From the IMG/VR virus record IMGVR_UViG_3300046665_000384, positions 28,974 to 92,973 of that record: a stretch of 64,000 bases of DNA. One strand, given 5' to 3'. This DNA is from a virus. Under the pieces are notes generated by a model that was not told where the DNA came from, made no database searches, and was given only the letters and a program-made list of their open reading frames with translations. Below, in pieces: positions 1 through 9,524 of this stretch (position 1 is its first letter; every line of letters starts with the position of its first letter). A program made the translations under genes and the position numbers.

Positions 1-2
1 AA

Positions 3-173
3 GTAGTTGGTCGCATGATCCCGGTAGAGCACATCGTAACCGCTACAGCTCTGATCAAACGCGGATACCACGAAGCGATTGCCGATGACCTTTTCCAACG
101 GTTCGGAGGGCATCAGATTTTGCGTGCACATCATCATGGCGTGGACATTGAAACGGTACGGAGTGTCGTGTGA
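3..173 (+). CDS. 5'-truncated small protein, QueF-like T-fold candidate
   Basis: Frame 3 reads VVGRMIPVEHIVTATALIKRGYHEAIADDLFQRFGGHQILRAHHHGVDIETVRSVV*; the HE..I.D pattern recalls QueF; stop overlaps next start (GTGA). Confidence 0.5.
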   Translation, partial: VVGRMIPVEHIVTATALIKRGYHEAIADDLFQRFGGHQILRAHHHGVDIETVRSVV

Positions 174-877
174 CGCTGCATTACCACGGGACGCCGATCA
201 CTCCACGCAAGGTGCTGGCAGAACTGACCGGCCGATGCTTTTGCGTCTCGTTCTGGCGGCCGGACGACGTGGAATGGCGCCATCAGTACGGGCAAAGCGT
301 CATGCTGGACAACGGGGCTTTCAGCGCATGGCAGGAGGCGATTCGGCGCGGCGCTACGCCAGATATCGACTGGACGGCTTTTTATGCGTGGTGCGACCAG
401 TGGCTCGCCTTTCGCACGACGTGGGCTGCAATCCCTGACGTGATCATGGGCGATGCAGTTGCCAATGACGCGCTGATCCAGCAATGGCCGCACGGCCAGC
501 GTGGCGCTCCTGTATGGCACATGCACGAGCCCATCGAGCGCTTGATGCGCCTGTGCGATGAGTGGGAGCGGGTCTGCATAGGCTCGTCAGCCCAATACAG
601 CGTCGTCGGCTCGGCCGAATGGCATCACCGCATGACAGAAGCGATGAACGCGATCTGCCGAACTGGTCGAGCGCCGACATGGCTACACATGTTGCGCGGG
701 ATGAATGCAGCGCGATGGGGCTACCCGTTCGCCAGCGTAGATAGCACCGACATCGCTCGCAACCATAACAGAAAGAACAACCCTCGCGAGATGGCCGACG
801 CTTGGGACGCAATTCAGTGCCCGGCCACATGGAAAAGAAAATATTTGCAAGCTGACCTATTGGAGAACGCAGCATGA
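170..877 (+). CDS. TGT/DpdA-like (queuine tRNA-ribosyltransferase fold) phage protein
   Basis: Motifs MLDNGAFS, PVWH, HMLRG and SVDST parallel the TGT/DpdA DSGAF, H..G and S.DS motifs. Confidence 0.65.
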   Translation: MTLHYHGTPITPRKVLAELTGRCFCVSFWRPDDVEWRHQYGQSVMLDNGAFSAWQEAIRRGATPDIDWTAFYAWCDQWLAFRTTWAAIPDVIMGDAVANDALIQQWPHGQRGAPVWHMHEPIERLMRLCDEWERVCIGSSAQYSVVGSAEWHHRMTEAMNAICRTGRAPTWLHMLRGMNAARWGYPFASVDSTDIARNHNRKNNPREMADAWDAIQCPATWKRKYLQADLLENAA

Positions 878-1935
878 CCAGCACGATCAAACGACATGAA
901 CTGAAGACCGACCCGGCCGCATTCGATGCGGTGCGCCACGGCACCAAGACCCACGAAATCCGCTTCAACGACCGCGAGTTTGCAGTCGGCGACGAACTAC
1001 TGCTGCGCCAGACCGTGTTCGCTGCGGCCGACCTGAAGCCGGGCCAGACGAACAGCTACACCGGGGCCGAGCTGCTGCGCCGCGTGACGCACATTCAGGA
1101 GGGCTACGGCCTCGCGCCGGGCTGGGTCATCCTGTCTTTTGACAGCGAGCCAGCCATCCTCAAGGGCATCGGCAGGATCGATGGCGACGGCTGGAAGGAC
1201 ATCACAAAAAGAGGCGAAGTCGTGTTTGTTTGGAACACTGAAATGCCTCGTCCGCACAAGGCAGGGCAGTACCCGCGCGTCGGCAACCAATGCGAGTGGA
1301 CTGCCAGCACCGATCAATACGACTTCGCTCCTGCTACGCCGAATGAGGCCCGCGAAGTAATTGGCGGCATGATTTCCTCCGACCGCGACACAATCTCAGC
1401 GCTACAGAAGAACTACGACGACATGCGCGGCAGGCTTGAAGCCGCTCTCGAACAGCGCGGCAAAGACCTTACCCAAACCACTGCCGACTACGAGGAAATC
1501 TTGGCCGGCCATCGCCGCTTGGTGCGCGAGCTGGACGTGCTGCTGAACGGCGAAGCCGGCGCAGCGCGACAAGCCAGCCTTGCGGACATCGTAGCGCAGG
1601 TGCGGCGCGAGGGCATTGCAGCGCTGCCGCAGTCGGCACGCGACGTGATCGCCGAACGACGCGCTCAGGTGACGCGCGAAGGCTATGACCACGAGAACGA
1701 CGACGCGCATGTGCAGGGTGAGCTGGGTGCTTATGCTGCCTACTACGCTATGCCGCCGGGCGCGCGCGAGTGGCCGGCCGCCGAAACCGGCTATGGCGAG
1801 ACGTGGGGCGAGGCGATCATCCCCGAGGGCTGGACTCCGCCGAAGCCGGGCGACCGCCGCCGCGAACTGGTGAAGGCTGGCGCTCTGGTGCTGGCCGAAA
1901 TCGAACGCATCGACCGCACGGGAGAAGGGGCATGA
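874..1935 (+). CDS. ASCH/DUF3850 domain fused to helical phage domain
   Basis: N-term HELK...FDAV..G.K..EIR.NDR.F.VGD.L.L; C-term ERRAQ..EG...RRELVKAGALVLAEIER. Confidence 0.75.
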   Translation: MTSTIKRHELKTDPAAFDAVRHGTKTHEIRFNDREFAVGDELLLRQTVFAAADLKPGQTNSYTGAELLRRVTHIQEGYGLAPGWVILSFDSEPAILKGIGRIDGDGWKDITKRGEVVFVWNTEMPRPHKAGQYPRVGNQCEWTASTDQYDFAPATPNEAREVIGGMISSDRDTISALQKNYDDMRGRLEAALEQRGKDLTQTTADYEEILAGHRRLVRELDVLLNGEAGAARQASLADIVAQVRREGIAALPQSARDVIAERRAQVTREGYDHENDDAHVQGELGAYAAYYAMPPGAREWPAAETGYGETWGEAIIPEGWTPPKPGDRRRELVKAGALVLAEIERIDRTGEGA

Positions 1936-2591
1936 GCAACGTCATCAACCTGCCGGGTGCCGAGCGCGCCAACACGCTTTCCGACAGCGCCGCGCTGGCG
2001 CAGATCGCCGAGCTGCTGACGTTCAACGGCAAGACCCCGGCCGACGCGATGGAAATCGTCAAGCTGGTGGCCTCATTCGTCCGCGTGACCAAGGAACACG
2101 GCCGCATCATCCACGACATGACGGTCGCCAATCAGGCCGCATGGATCGAGTGGAAGCACGGCGGCGGCGCGGATGCCGCAATGGAGTGGGTCGAGAACGG
2201 CCTCGAAGGCCCCGGCCTGCTGCCCGGCAGCTGCGAGGACGACATCGACGAAGCCGACCCGATCCTAAAGAACCCGCAGGGCTACTACGACCGCTATTCG
2301 AGCTGGAACGGCGGCAAAACCGGCAACGCGGACCGCATCATCGGCGCGATGAACGACCGCGAACTGCTGGACTTCATGGAGGCCAATCTGGTGACGGTCA
2401 AGTGCGTGAACATTCCGACGCCGGGCGGCGATGACGCAGACACGGCTTTCGAGGTGATTCAATACCACATGGCCGCACCTCGCGAGCGCACCATCGGATA
2501 CGCCAGCACCGCACGCGAAGCGATCCGCGCGGCGATCCGCGCCACGGACCCGCAGGGCGATCTGTTCGCGCAGGAAGGAGCCCCAGCATGA
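1932..2591 (+). CDS. phage hypothetical protein (Ead/Ea22-like mosaic)
   Basis: ATGA coupling to upstream gene; QAAWIEW.HG.G...AMEWV motif. Confidence 0.6.
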   Translation: MSNVINLPGAERANTLSDSAALAQIAELLTFNGKTPADAMEIVKLVASFVRVTKEHGRIIHDMTVANQAAWIEWKHGGGADAAMEWVENGLEGPGLLPGSCEDDIDEADPILKNPQGYYDRYSSWNGGKTGNADRIIGAMNDRELLDFMEANLVTVKCVNIPTPGGDDADTAFEVIQYHMAAPRERTIGYASTAREAIRAAIRATDPQGDLFAQEGAPA

Positions 2592-2872
2592 CGTCCACGC
2601 ACACGACCACCAACGACGGCATCACCATCACTACCAACGTAAAGATCGTGGCCACGATTGAACTGACCGAGGGCGACCTGCGCGCGCTCGAAGCGCTGGC
2701 CGGCTACGGTGACGACGCTTTCCTCAAGGCGTTCTACGTCAAGCTGGGCATGCACTACATGAAGCCGTTCGAGCGCGACTTGCGCGGCCTGTTCGCGCGC
2801 ATCCGCAGCACCGTGCCGAAGGCATTGCAGGCCGTTCTGGCTGCGCGCGAGGCGCTGGGAGGCAAGAAGTAA
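2588..2872 (+). CDS. hypothetical protein
   Basis: GGAG RBS, ATGA overlap. Confidence 0.6.
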   Translation: MTSTHTTTNDGITITTNVKIVATIELTEGDLRALEALAGYGDDAFLKAFYVKLGMHYMKPFERDLRGLFARIRSTVPKALQAVLAAREALGGKK

Positions 2873-3304
2873 ATGCCAGCAGCTCCGCAGGCCGAGCACG
2901 AAATGACGACAGGGCAGCGCATCGTCGCGCTGCTGCCCGCCACATCTCGGCAACTACTCAGGAAAATCCGTATCTCGACGTCTACCCTGCATAAGTGGCT
3001 CACCCGCCTACGCGACGACGACGAAATACACATTGGGGACTGGAACCGTTCGGTAGGCAATCTGGTGGCGGTTTGGACGGCCGGGTCGGGTCCAGACGCG
3101 CCTCGCCTACCCCCGCTGACCGGCGCAAAGGTCACTGCGAACTACCGCAAGCGCAAGCGTGCCGAGGCACGGCAGCTCGCGAGGGAAAAGGCTGCGGCGC
3201 TAAAGAAGGCCGAGAAAGCACGCTTCACCAATGATCCGCTGATGGCGGCGCTATATGGGAAACCTAAGCGGAAAACGGCATCCAAACTATCGAAATCGCT
3301 ATAA
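2873..3304 (+). CDS. basic winged-helix-like protein
   Basis: STSTLHKWLTRLR helix; K/R-rich tail. Confidence 0.45.
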   Translation: MPAAPQAEHEMTTGQRIVALLPATSRQLLRKIRISTSTLHKWLTRLRDDDEIHIGDWNRSVGNLVAVWTAGSGPDAPRLPPLTGAKVTANYRKRKRAEARQLAREKAAALKKAEKARFTNDPLMAALYGKPKRKTASKLSKSL

Positions 3305-3317
3305 AGGGATTTGAATC

Positions 3318-3740
3318 ATGAGCCAGACCCATCTACAGCAGAAAATCGCCCGGCTTGAACAGGCGAACGCGCTCATCACCGTGATTTCGACGTACGGCCG
3401 GCGCTTCTTTTACGACGCCAAGCAGAACCGCGTGGCCCGGATCGAAATCGGGAAGGGCGGCCACCTCTACCTGATCGACGACTACACCGGGCATCCGGTC
3501 TATATCGCCTACAACGGCGAATGGTCGGGCTTCTCGCACGGCGGCACGCTGCGCGATCTGGTCAAGCGGCTGGCCGAATACGTGCGCACCGGGAAGCAAC
3601 TGCACCCGCATTGGATCGGTCCAAAGCGCCACAGCGATGACTCGAACATCTGGGGCTATGCGGCCGATGAGATGGAGAAGTGCAGGGCGGCCGCGCTGGC
3701 AACCGGCGTGATCGCACAAGAGGCGGATGTTACCGCCTAG
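3318..3740 (+). CDS. conserved phage hypothetical protein
   Basis: GRRFFY...FSHGGTLRDLV motif; in-operon position. Confidence 0.6.
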   Translation: MSQTHLQQKIARLEQANALITVISTYGRRFFYDAKQNRVARIEIGKGGHLYLIDDYTGHPVYIAYNGEWSGFSHGGTLRDLVKRLAEYVRTGKQLHPHWIGPKRHSDDSNIWGYAADEMEKCRAAALATGVIAQEADVTA

Positions 3741-3793
3741 TACCAGTTCAATACCGGGCCGAAATCGATCCTTTCCGGACGCCTATATTTTGC

Positions 3794-3823
3794 TTGACTG
3801 CGTATTTTGTGAGCGCATACAAT
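3794..3823 (+). promoter_or_regulatory. sigma70 promoter with operator GTGAGCGCATAC
   Basis: TTGACT-N18-TACAAT; operator at 3809-3820. Confidence 0.75.
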
Positions 3824-3873
3824 ATGCTTCATTAGAGCGGCGTGCTGGGCGCATCGAAAACTGGAGAATGAAA

Positions 3874-4113
3874 ATGCGAGCAAGATTTCCAATTGGCTTT
3901 GAATTTGAGAAAAAACGTGTCCCGAAGGAAAAGTTTTTTACCTCCTACCGGATTGATGACGTCTTGGTGACGCGTAGCGTCGCTACGGACGAAATCGTGC
4001 GCATTGAATACCGCGTGTCACATGTTTTCCTAGGCCAACGCATCCCAGAACTCATGGTTGACACCACCATTGCGCGCTCTTTGAGCAACGAAAAGTTAGC
4101 TGAATTCGCCTAA
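3874..4113 (+). CDS. small early protein
   Basis: GGAG RBS downstream of promoter. Confidence 0.55.
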   Translation: MRARFPIGFEFEKKRVPKEKFFTSYRIDDVLVTRSVATDEIVRIEYRVSHVFLGQRIPELMVDTTIARSLSNEKLAEFA

Positions 4114-4222
4114 CACCACCCCGCGCCCGCTTCGGCGGGCACTTCGCCAACAGCCCGCCACGAGCGGGCTTTCCCACTGAAAGCGGCGCACTGGGCGCGG
4201 CGATTACCGGAAGGGCAGAATT

Positions 4223-4348
4223 ATGGAATTGCAGGGCACGACGGAACTCTTCGTTCAATACCTTGAATACGTGGCAGCGACTCAACGCAACGGCGTGTTC
4301 CCTCCGTACGGTTACGCGACGTGGATTCGCTGCCGCACGCAGTTCTAA
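4223..4348 (+). CDS. 41-aa small protein (MELQGTTELFVQYLEY...)
   Basis: Read manually; bounded by repeated leader and hairpin elements. Confidence 0.5.
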   Translation: MELQGTTELFVQYLEYVAATQRNGVFPPYGYATWIRCRTQF

Positions 4349-4395
4349 GCCCCGACCCGCGCCCACTTCGGTGGGCCAACCTTAAGGAGAAAATA

Positions 4396-4737
4396 ATGAA
4401 GAGCATTCGCGAGCTGGTTGCGAAACTGGGTTTGACGCAACAGGAATTGGTAAGCCGGATCGTCGACGAGAACCCGCTTGCCGCTGGCGAATTGAACGCG
4501 GCTGAATTCGACACGCTGATCGCGCTCATCGAGCACGGCCCACTGGAGGATGGCCACGTGCCCAGCAAGTCCGGGCGTGACGGCCTGATTCAGCGCGGCT
4601 ACGCAATGCGCGTTCAAGCCATCGACTACTGGCGCACGGCCGCGACGCCCGCCGGCATCGCCGCGTACAAAGCGATGTTCGGCCCGGCCGAGACGCTGCG
4701 CGAGGCGCAGGCCAATCGCAAGGCGGCGAAGTCGTGA
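4396..4737 (+). CDS. hypothetical protein
   Basis: AAGGAG RBS; GP..DG.VPSK.GRDGL motif. Confidence 0.6.
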   Translation: MKSIRELVAKLGLTQQELVSRIVDENPLAAGELNAAEFDTLIALIEHGPLEDGHVPSKSGRDGLIQRGYAMRVQAIDYWRTAATPAGIAAYKAMFGPAETLREAQANRKAAKS

Positions 4738-5057
4738 GCACCTTCGACAAAGTGCAGGGTGGCCGCACGTACAGCATGTCCCTGAGCGTGCGCGGCGCGA
4801 TTGCCGAGCTGAGCAACCAGCCGCCTGAATACGAATCGTGGTTCGGCGAAAAGAGCACCGGGCGAACACTGACCAACATCGAAGCGCTGACCGCGTTGAC
4901 GCTCGACCTCGCGGCCGGGCGCGAAATGCTGCCGATGAGCGAGGAGTGCGGCAACCCCTGCGGCCACGCCGACAAGGGCTGCGCCGGCTTTAACTACGGG
5001 AAGGGCGGGGGATGCCCCGGCTACCCGACATCACAGGAACAAGGAAGTAAGGCATGA
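4734..5057 (+). CDS. Cys-rich hypothetical protein
   Basis: GTGA coupling; C-terminal C..F....GCPG. Confidence 0.55.
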   Translation: MSTFDKVQGGRTYSMSLSVRGAIAELSNQPPEYESWFGEKSTGRTLTNIEALTALTLDLAAGREMLPMSEECGNPCGHADKGCAGFNYGKGGGCPGYPTSQEQGSKA

Positions 5058-5302
5058 GCAATTCGACTATCGCTCGCTGCATCGGCAGCAGCTACGACGG
5101 CCGCACGAACAAGTGGCGCGTGACGTGCCCGGCATGTATGTATGCATTTGAACCGCAAACAACCCGGCTCGCAACTCAGTATCTGCAATGCCCGAAGTCT
5201 AAGTGCAACGCCGAGATGGTTGCTAACTACAACGCTGAGCCGCCGACCGTAACGCTTCTCCCCGGCAAAGAAAGCGCACAGGAGAATAGGAGCGAAGCGT
5301 GA
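5054..5302 (+). CDS. zinc-ribbon protein
   Basis: CPAC...CPKSKC. Confidence 0.55.
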   Translation: MSNSTIARCIGSSYDGRTNKWRVTCPACMYAFEPQTTRLATQYLQCPKSKCNAEMVANYNAEPPTVTLLPGKESAQENRSEA

Positions 5303-5679
5303 GCGATCTGTTCTACCTTCAGGACAGCCGCACCTACGTCGGCAACGACATGATGTTCTGGGCCAAGGACGGGAAGGGCTACACGACGGACATGCGGCTG
5401 GCGGAGGTTTACACGAAGGATGAAGCCCAGCGACGACACAACCACCGCGCATCGGACATCCCGTGGCCGAAGGACTACATCGATGCACGCACGCGCCCGG
5501 CCGTGGACATGCAGCACGTCAACCGCGCGGCGGCGCTGGCCGGTACGGGGATCGAGCTGGCCAAGCCCCGCCCGAAGACGCCCGACACGATCAACTGCAC
5601 CGGGTGCGGCCGCTTTATGGGCGGCACCCAGCGATACCTGCAAGATTGCGAGCACTGCGGCACCAACAACCGACCATGA
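5299..5679 (+). CDS. phage protein with zinc ribbon
   Basis: FYLQDSR.YVGN...FW...G.GYTTD motif; CxxC..CxxC. Confidence 0.65.
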   Translation: MSDLFYLQDSRTYVGNDMMFWAKDGKGYTTDMRLAEVYTKDEAQRRHNHRASDIPWPKDYIDARTRPAVDMQHVNRAAALAGTGIELAKPRPKTPDTINCTGCGRFMGGTQRYLQDCEHCGTNNRP

Positions 5680-6398
5680 AAGAGACCTCGATGAAAGCCA
5701 ACGAATCCACGCCCCCGATGCTGAAGTGGGCACTGCGCGAATTGCTGGGCACGCTGCCCGAGCGACGCGACTGGTTCAACCCGGACGCCGAGAAGATCAT
5801 GCGCGAGTACGTGAACGCGCCGGCAACTCCAGCAGCGCCCGCTGCACTCCAAGCCGCGATTGATGAAGTGGCCGGCTGCTTCCGCGCGGCAGAAGTCGAG
5901 GGGCTTTCTACCGCGCTCGCTGAAACGTCCGATGAACGCCTCAAGGATTTGATCGAACGACGCCTGATGCACGCGCTCTATGCGGTACAAGGCGCAGCCA
6001 GCGCAGCAGCACCCGCTGCGCCCTCGGAATTGCCCGCGATCCTGTTCGATGGGAAGGCGGTCTATGACGAGGTGCAGGCGCACGCGGCATGCAAGACGAA
6101 GACCAGCGCAGAGAACGTTTCCGACGTCTTGGATGCAGTCGTGCGCCTGATGCGTAAGGAAGGAGCCGCACCCGCTGCGGAACAGGCGCAGGACGAGGTG
6201 CGCGACCGCGTGCGCAATGCCGTGGCGCAGGCGCTGACGTGCGTGTACTTCTGCGGCCGCAGCTGGAGCGCATGGAGCCACGGTACGATGCACGAGGATG
6301 ATTTCACGCCCGCCGGCGAGGTCGACGAAGTGCTCGATGAAATCGTTGACGCGGCGCTCGGCGCGATGAAGCGCCCGGCCACCGGAGGCGCAGCATGA
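5676..6398 (+). CDS. mosaic multi-module phage protein
   Basis: Short modules joined by AAPAA linkers; ATGA coupling. Confidence 0.6.
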   Translation: MKETSMKANESTPPMLKWALRELLGTLPERRDWFNPDAEKIMREYVNAPATPAAPAALQAAIDEVAGCFRAAEVEGLSTALAETSDERLKDLIERRLMHALYAVQGAASAAAPAAPSELPAILFDGKAVYDEVQAHAACKTKTSAENVSDVLDAVVRLMRKEGAAPAAEQAQDEVRDRVRNAVAQALTCVYFCGRSWSAWSHGTMHEDDFTPAGEVDEVLDEIVDAALGAMKRPATGGAA

Positions 6399-6706
6399 AC
6401 GCAATATTCATCGTAGAAGCCGGCGTGCACTATCAAGGCTCGCGCCTACTCCGCGCGTTTGGCAGCAGGCCAGAAGCCGAAACGTTCGCCGAGCGGTGTC
6501 GCGAATACCATAAGACGCGCCCCGACTGGCCGGGCGGCGACGCCACCGAGGCCGATCTGGAAGCGTGGCGCGTTGCGGACAATGCGTGGGAAGCAGGGCA
6601 CCCCGGCGGCGACGTCGGATCGCCGGACTACTTCGACGTGACTGAGGTGCCGTTCGGCCCTGTGGCGGCCAGCGGCGAAAGCGGGGTGCGCGATGCCGAT
6701 GCGTGA
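6395..6706 (+). CDS. hypothetical protein
   Basis: Coupled ORF. Confidence 0.55.
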   Translation: MNAIFIVEAGVHYQGSRLLRAFGSRPEAETFAERCREYHKTRPDWPGGDATEADLEAWRVADNAWEAGHPGGDVGSPDYFDVTEVPFGPVAASGESGVRDADA

Positions 6707-6908
6707 GCCGACGAAGCAGGAAATCGCCAAGTTCAAGCGCGCATGCAAGGCGCTCGACGAGCTGGGCAAAGCAGGTTTTCACATCTACTTGGCGAACGAC
6801 ACCATGCATATGATGGTAGAAGACTCCCACACCTATGCCCTGCGGCCAAATCGGCACGCGATCCGCGAATCCGTGCACATCTGCGGCGCAGGCGGCGGCG
6901 ACTGGTAA
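6693..6908 (+). CDS. hypothetical protein
   Basis: Ends GGGDW, a common phage small-protein terminus. Confidence 0.55.
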   Translation: MPMREPTKQEIAKFKRACKALDELGKAGFHIYLANDTMHMMVEDSHTYALRPNRHAIRESVHICGAGGGDW

Positions 6909-6920
6909 CGAAAGGACATC

Positions 6921-8564
6921 ATGGAAACGAAGAACAACACCGCCAGCATCGATCTGGCCCAGCTGGAAGCACTGGCGCGAGCGGCCGATCCGAACGGCGC
7001 GTATCATCTTGTTACCCACTATCGCCACGGCGCAGACGTGAAGGCCGAGGAGGCATGGCGGCAAGCCGCGACCCCGGCCGCCGTGCGCCAGCTGATCGAC
7101 CTCGTGCGCCGCGCCCAGCCGCGCGTAACCGAGCAGGCGGACGAACGGGCGAAGTTATCGCAAGATGAGGTGATTGAGCTTCTTCGCGCAGCAGGCATCC
7201 CAGATAACCAGCTTCGCCTACTGTATGGCGGACATGGTCTGACCTTGTACCTTGAGCACTTGACCACTTTCGCCAACACGACCCGCGCCGCGCTCACCCA
7301 GCAAGCCGCGCCCGAAGCACCTACCGAGAACGCCGAACTCACCACGTTGCTAGAAAAACTCCATGAGCACTGGGGCGACTGCTTGTGGATAGACGCCAGC
7401 GAATTGATGGCATTAGAGAAAGTGATTACGTCCGCACCGGCCGCACAGCAGGCAGGAGCGGCTGTCGATGACGGCTACCGCTGGCGCGACTGCGAGGATT
7501 GCGGCGGCAGCGGTCGCATCAGCCCGAACGAACTGTGCGCGCGCTGTGAGAAAAGCGGCATTCTTCCTGCGGCCACCACGGCAAGCGCGAGCTATGAGAT
7601 GCCGGAAGGCGTCAAGAACCAGATCGAAACGCTGGGATGGAAGCTGCGCAACCACGAGCGGGCCTTAGAAATGCGCAAGCTGCACGACAAGGGCGACGTC
7701 TGGTACTGGCAGGGCGATGGCGGCGACAACTTGGAATCGATGAGCATGGGCATGGTCGTTGTGATCTGCGCTGACGACTTCCGCGCAGCCCTCGCCCGCG
7801 CCCAAGCACCCAGCCGGGATGCTGCGCCGCTGGAAGCCATCCGGACATTACGCATCGCTCTCATCAATGCTGCCGTGAAACCTCAATGGGCCGAAAGCAT
7901 CGCCCAGCGCGCACTGGAGGCGACAAAACAATTTGCAGGCGCTGATCTCGCCCAGCAGGGCGCATCCCATGCACCGCTGACCGGTGATGCCGCCGAGTTG
8001 GACGCGTGCGCTGCAATGCGCGCTCAATGCGGGCACTGCGGCGGCACGGGCGACGTACATCGTGGCGATGGCGAATACATCGGCGAATGCTGGTGCAAGG
8101 CCAGTGGGAACGACGGGCTGACCGCTGCCGAGCGCACCTTCGTAGAAGTGGTGCGCCAGCGCCCCGGCCACAAGCTGAATTCCGGCGAAGCGTGGGGCCC
8201 CGAGGGCCAAGCGCTATGGGAAGCCCCGGAAAATCTGGGCCTGATCCGATGCGTGGGCAGCTTCAAATGGGTCGTGCCGGGCGCGCAGGCGCAGAACCCG
8301 GTGGCCGATGCTGTGCGCGCCGCGATCTGGAGCGCTGACGCGCCGACCGAGCAGCGCTGGTACTGGCACTGGAGCGGCAACCCGGACGATGCTCCGTTCC
8401 CGCTGTCGGTGCTGTGGAGCGGCACCGCGAAGAAGTGCTTCGTGTCGATGAACCAGACCGAGAGCGGCACCGCTGAATGGTGCGACGAATACGGCGGTTA
8501 TTGGACGCCCATCGTGGAGCCGCGCATTCCTGAAACCCTGCCGAAGAAGGGGAAGGCCCGATGA
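6921..8564 (+). CDS. Ead/Ea22-like polyvalent protein with two DnaJ-type CxxCxGxG fingers
   Basis: IDLAQLEALARAA..ATPAAVRQLI N-term; CEDCGGSG, CGHCGGTG. Confidence 0.65.
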   Translation: METKNNTASIDLAQLEALARAADPNGAYHLVTHYRHGADVKAEEAWRQAATPAAVRQLIDLVRRAQPRVTEQADERAKLSQDEVIELLRAAGIPDNQLRLLYGGHGLTLYLEHLTTFANTTRAALTQQAAPEAPTENAELTTLLEKLHEHWGDCLWIDASELMALEKVITSAPAAQQAGAAVDDGYRWRDCEDCGGSGRISPNELCARCEKSGILPAATTASASYEMPEGVKNQIETLGWKLRNHERALEMRKLHDKGDVWYWQGDGGDNLESMSMGMVVVICADDFRAALARAQAPSRDAAPLEAIRTLRIALINAAVKPQWAESIAQRALEATKQFAGADLAQQGASHAPLTGDAAELDACAAMRAQCGHCGGTGDVHRGDGEYIGECWCKASGNDGLTAAERTFVEVVRQRPGHKLNSGEAWGPEGQALWEAPENLGLIRCVGSFKWVVPGAQAQNPVADAVRAAIWSADAPTEQRWYWHWSGNPDDAPFPLSVLWSGTAKKCFVSMNQTESGTAEWCDEYGGYWTPIVEPRIPETLPKKGKAR

Positions 8565-8917
8565 GCGCCGAGTGGAAGCTCAAACGCACCGCGCAGTGCG
8601 CGAAATGCCCTTGGCGTAAGGACGTGGACCCGCACGACATCCCGAACGGCTACTGTGAGACGAAGCATCAGGGCCTCGCCAAGACCATCGCCAAAGGCGA
8701 CCCGCTGGAGCAGCTGCGCGGCAGCGTGCAGCACGTCATGGCATGCCACGAGATGGACGATGCCCATTGCGTCGGCTGGCTGGCCAACCAGCTCGGGCCG
8801 GGCAACAACATCGTCCTGCGCCTGCAAATGCGCACCTGCACGAACGCCAACAAGCTGCGCCTCGTCGGGGAGCAGCACGAGCGGTTCGAGGACACGCTGC
8901 CGGCCACTGAATCATGA
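8561..8917 (+). CDS. DUF6283-like Cys/His protein
   Basis: CAKCPWRKD...ACH....HCVGW. Confidence 0.65.
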   Translation: MSAEWKLKRTAQCAKCPWRKDVDPHDIPNGYCETKHQGLAKTIAKGDPLEQLRGSVQHVMACHEMDDAHCVGWLANQLGPGNNIVLRLQMRTCTNANKLRLVGEQHERFEDTLPATES

Positions 8918-9081
8918 GCCTCGTCGACTACCTCTACAAGAATCGGACCCAGATGGAACTGGCAAAAGAACTGGCGGCCAAAGCGCATGAGAACGCCGCC
9001 CTGAAGAACCGCGTGCACGAGCTGGAGCACGAGCTGTTCTGGATGCGCGTGGCCGAGCGCCAGCATGGAGAAGGCATATGA
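8914..9081 (+). CDS. 55-aa coiled-coil protein
   Basis: ATGA-coupled on both sides; read manually. Confidence 0.5.
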   Translation: MSLVDYLYKNRTQMELAKELAAKAHENAALKNRVHELEHELFWMRVAERQHGEGI

Positions 9082-9470
9082 TTCACACCCCCGAGCGCAT
9101 CCGGCAGCGCCGCGTCCAGATGCTCGTGCACTCGTACCTGTACTACCAGCTCGATGCGCCTATCGTGTCGGACGACACATGGCAGCGCTGGGCCGATGAG
9201 CTGAGCGCGCTCCAGCGCGAGCACCCGGCCCGCATCCGGTTCTACGATGCCGAGTTCGCCGACTGGGACGGGTCTACTGGGATGCACCTGCCGCGCGACG
9301 AATGGGTGCGCCAGAACGCGCTACGGCTGCGCGCAATCCACGAGCGCGGACATGCACGCCCCGAGCCGGAGAAAACGCCGCCAGCGCCCGATACGCGCCC
9401 GCCAGCCCTATTCGACGCGCCGCCGAAGAAAGCACCAGCGGCCCCGCCGCCGCAAATGTCGCTGTTCTGA
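9078..9470 (+). CDS. stand-alone LigA domain-Ia-like protein
   Basis: HSYLYYQLDAPIVSDDTW matches the NAD-ligase N-terminal Y..D.P.I.D motif. Confidence 0.65.
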   Translation: MIHTPERIRQRRVQMLVHSYLYYQLDAPIVSDDTWQRWADELSALQREHPARIRFYDAEFADWDGSTGMHLPRDEWVRQNALRLRAIHERGHARPEPEKTPPAPDTRPPALFDAPPKKAPAAPPPQMSLF

Positions 9471-9480
9471 CCGCAGGACG

Positions 9481-9514
9481 AAAAAAAGCCCCGACTCACG
9501 GGGCTTTTTGTTTT
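9481..9514. terminator. bidirectional intrinsic terminator
   Basis: AAAAAAAGCCCCG-loop-CGGGGCTTTTTG between convergent genes. Confidence 0.85.
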
Positions 9515-9524
9515 GCCGGGGGCG

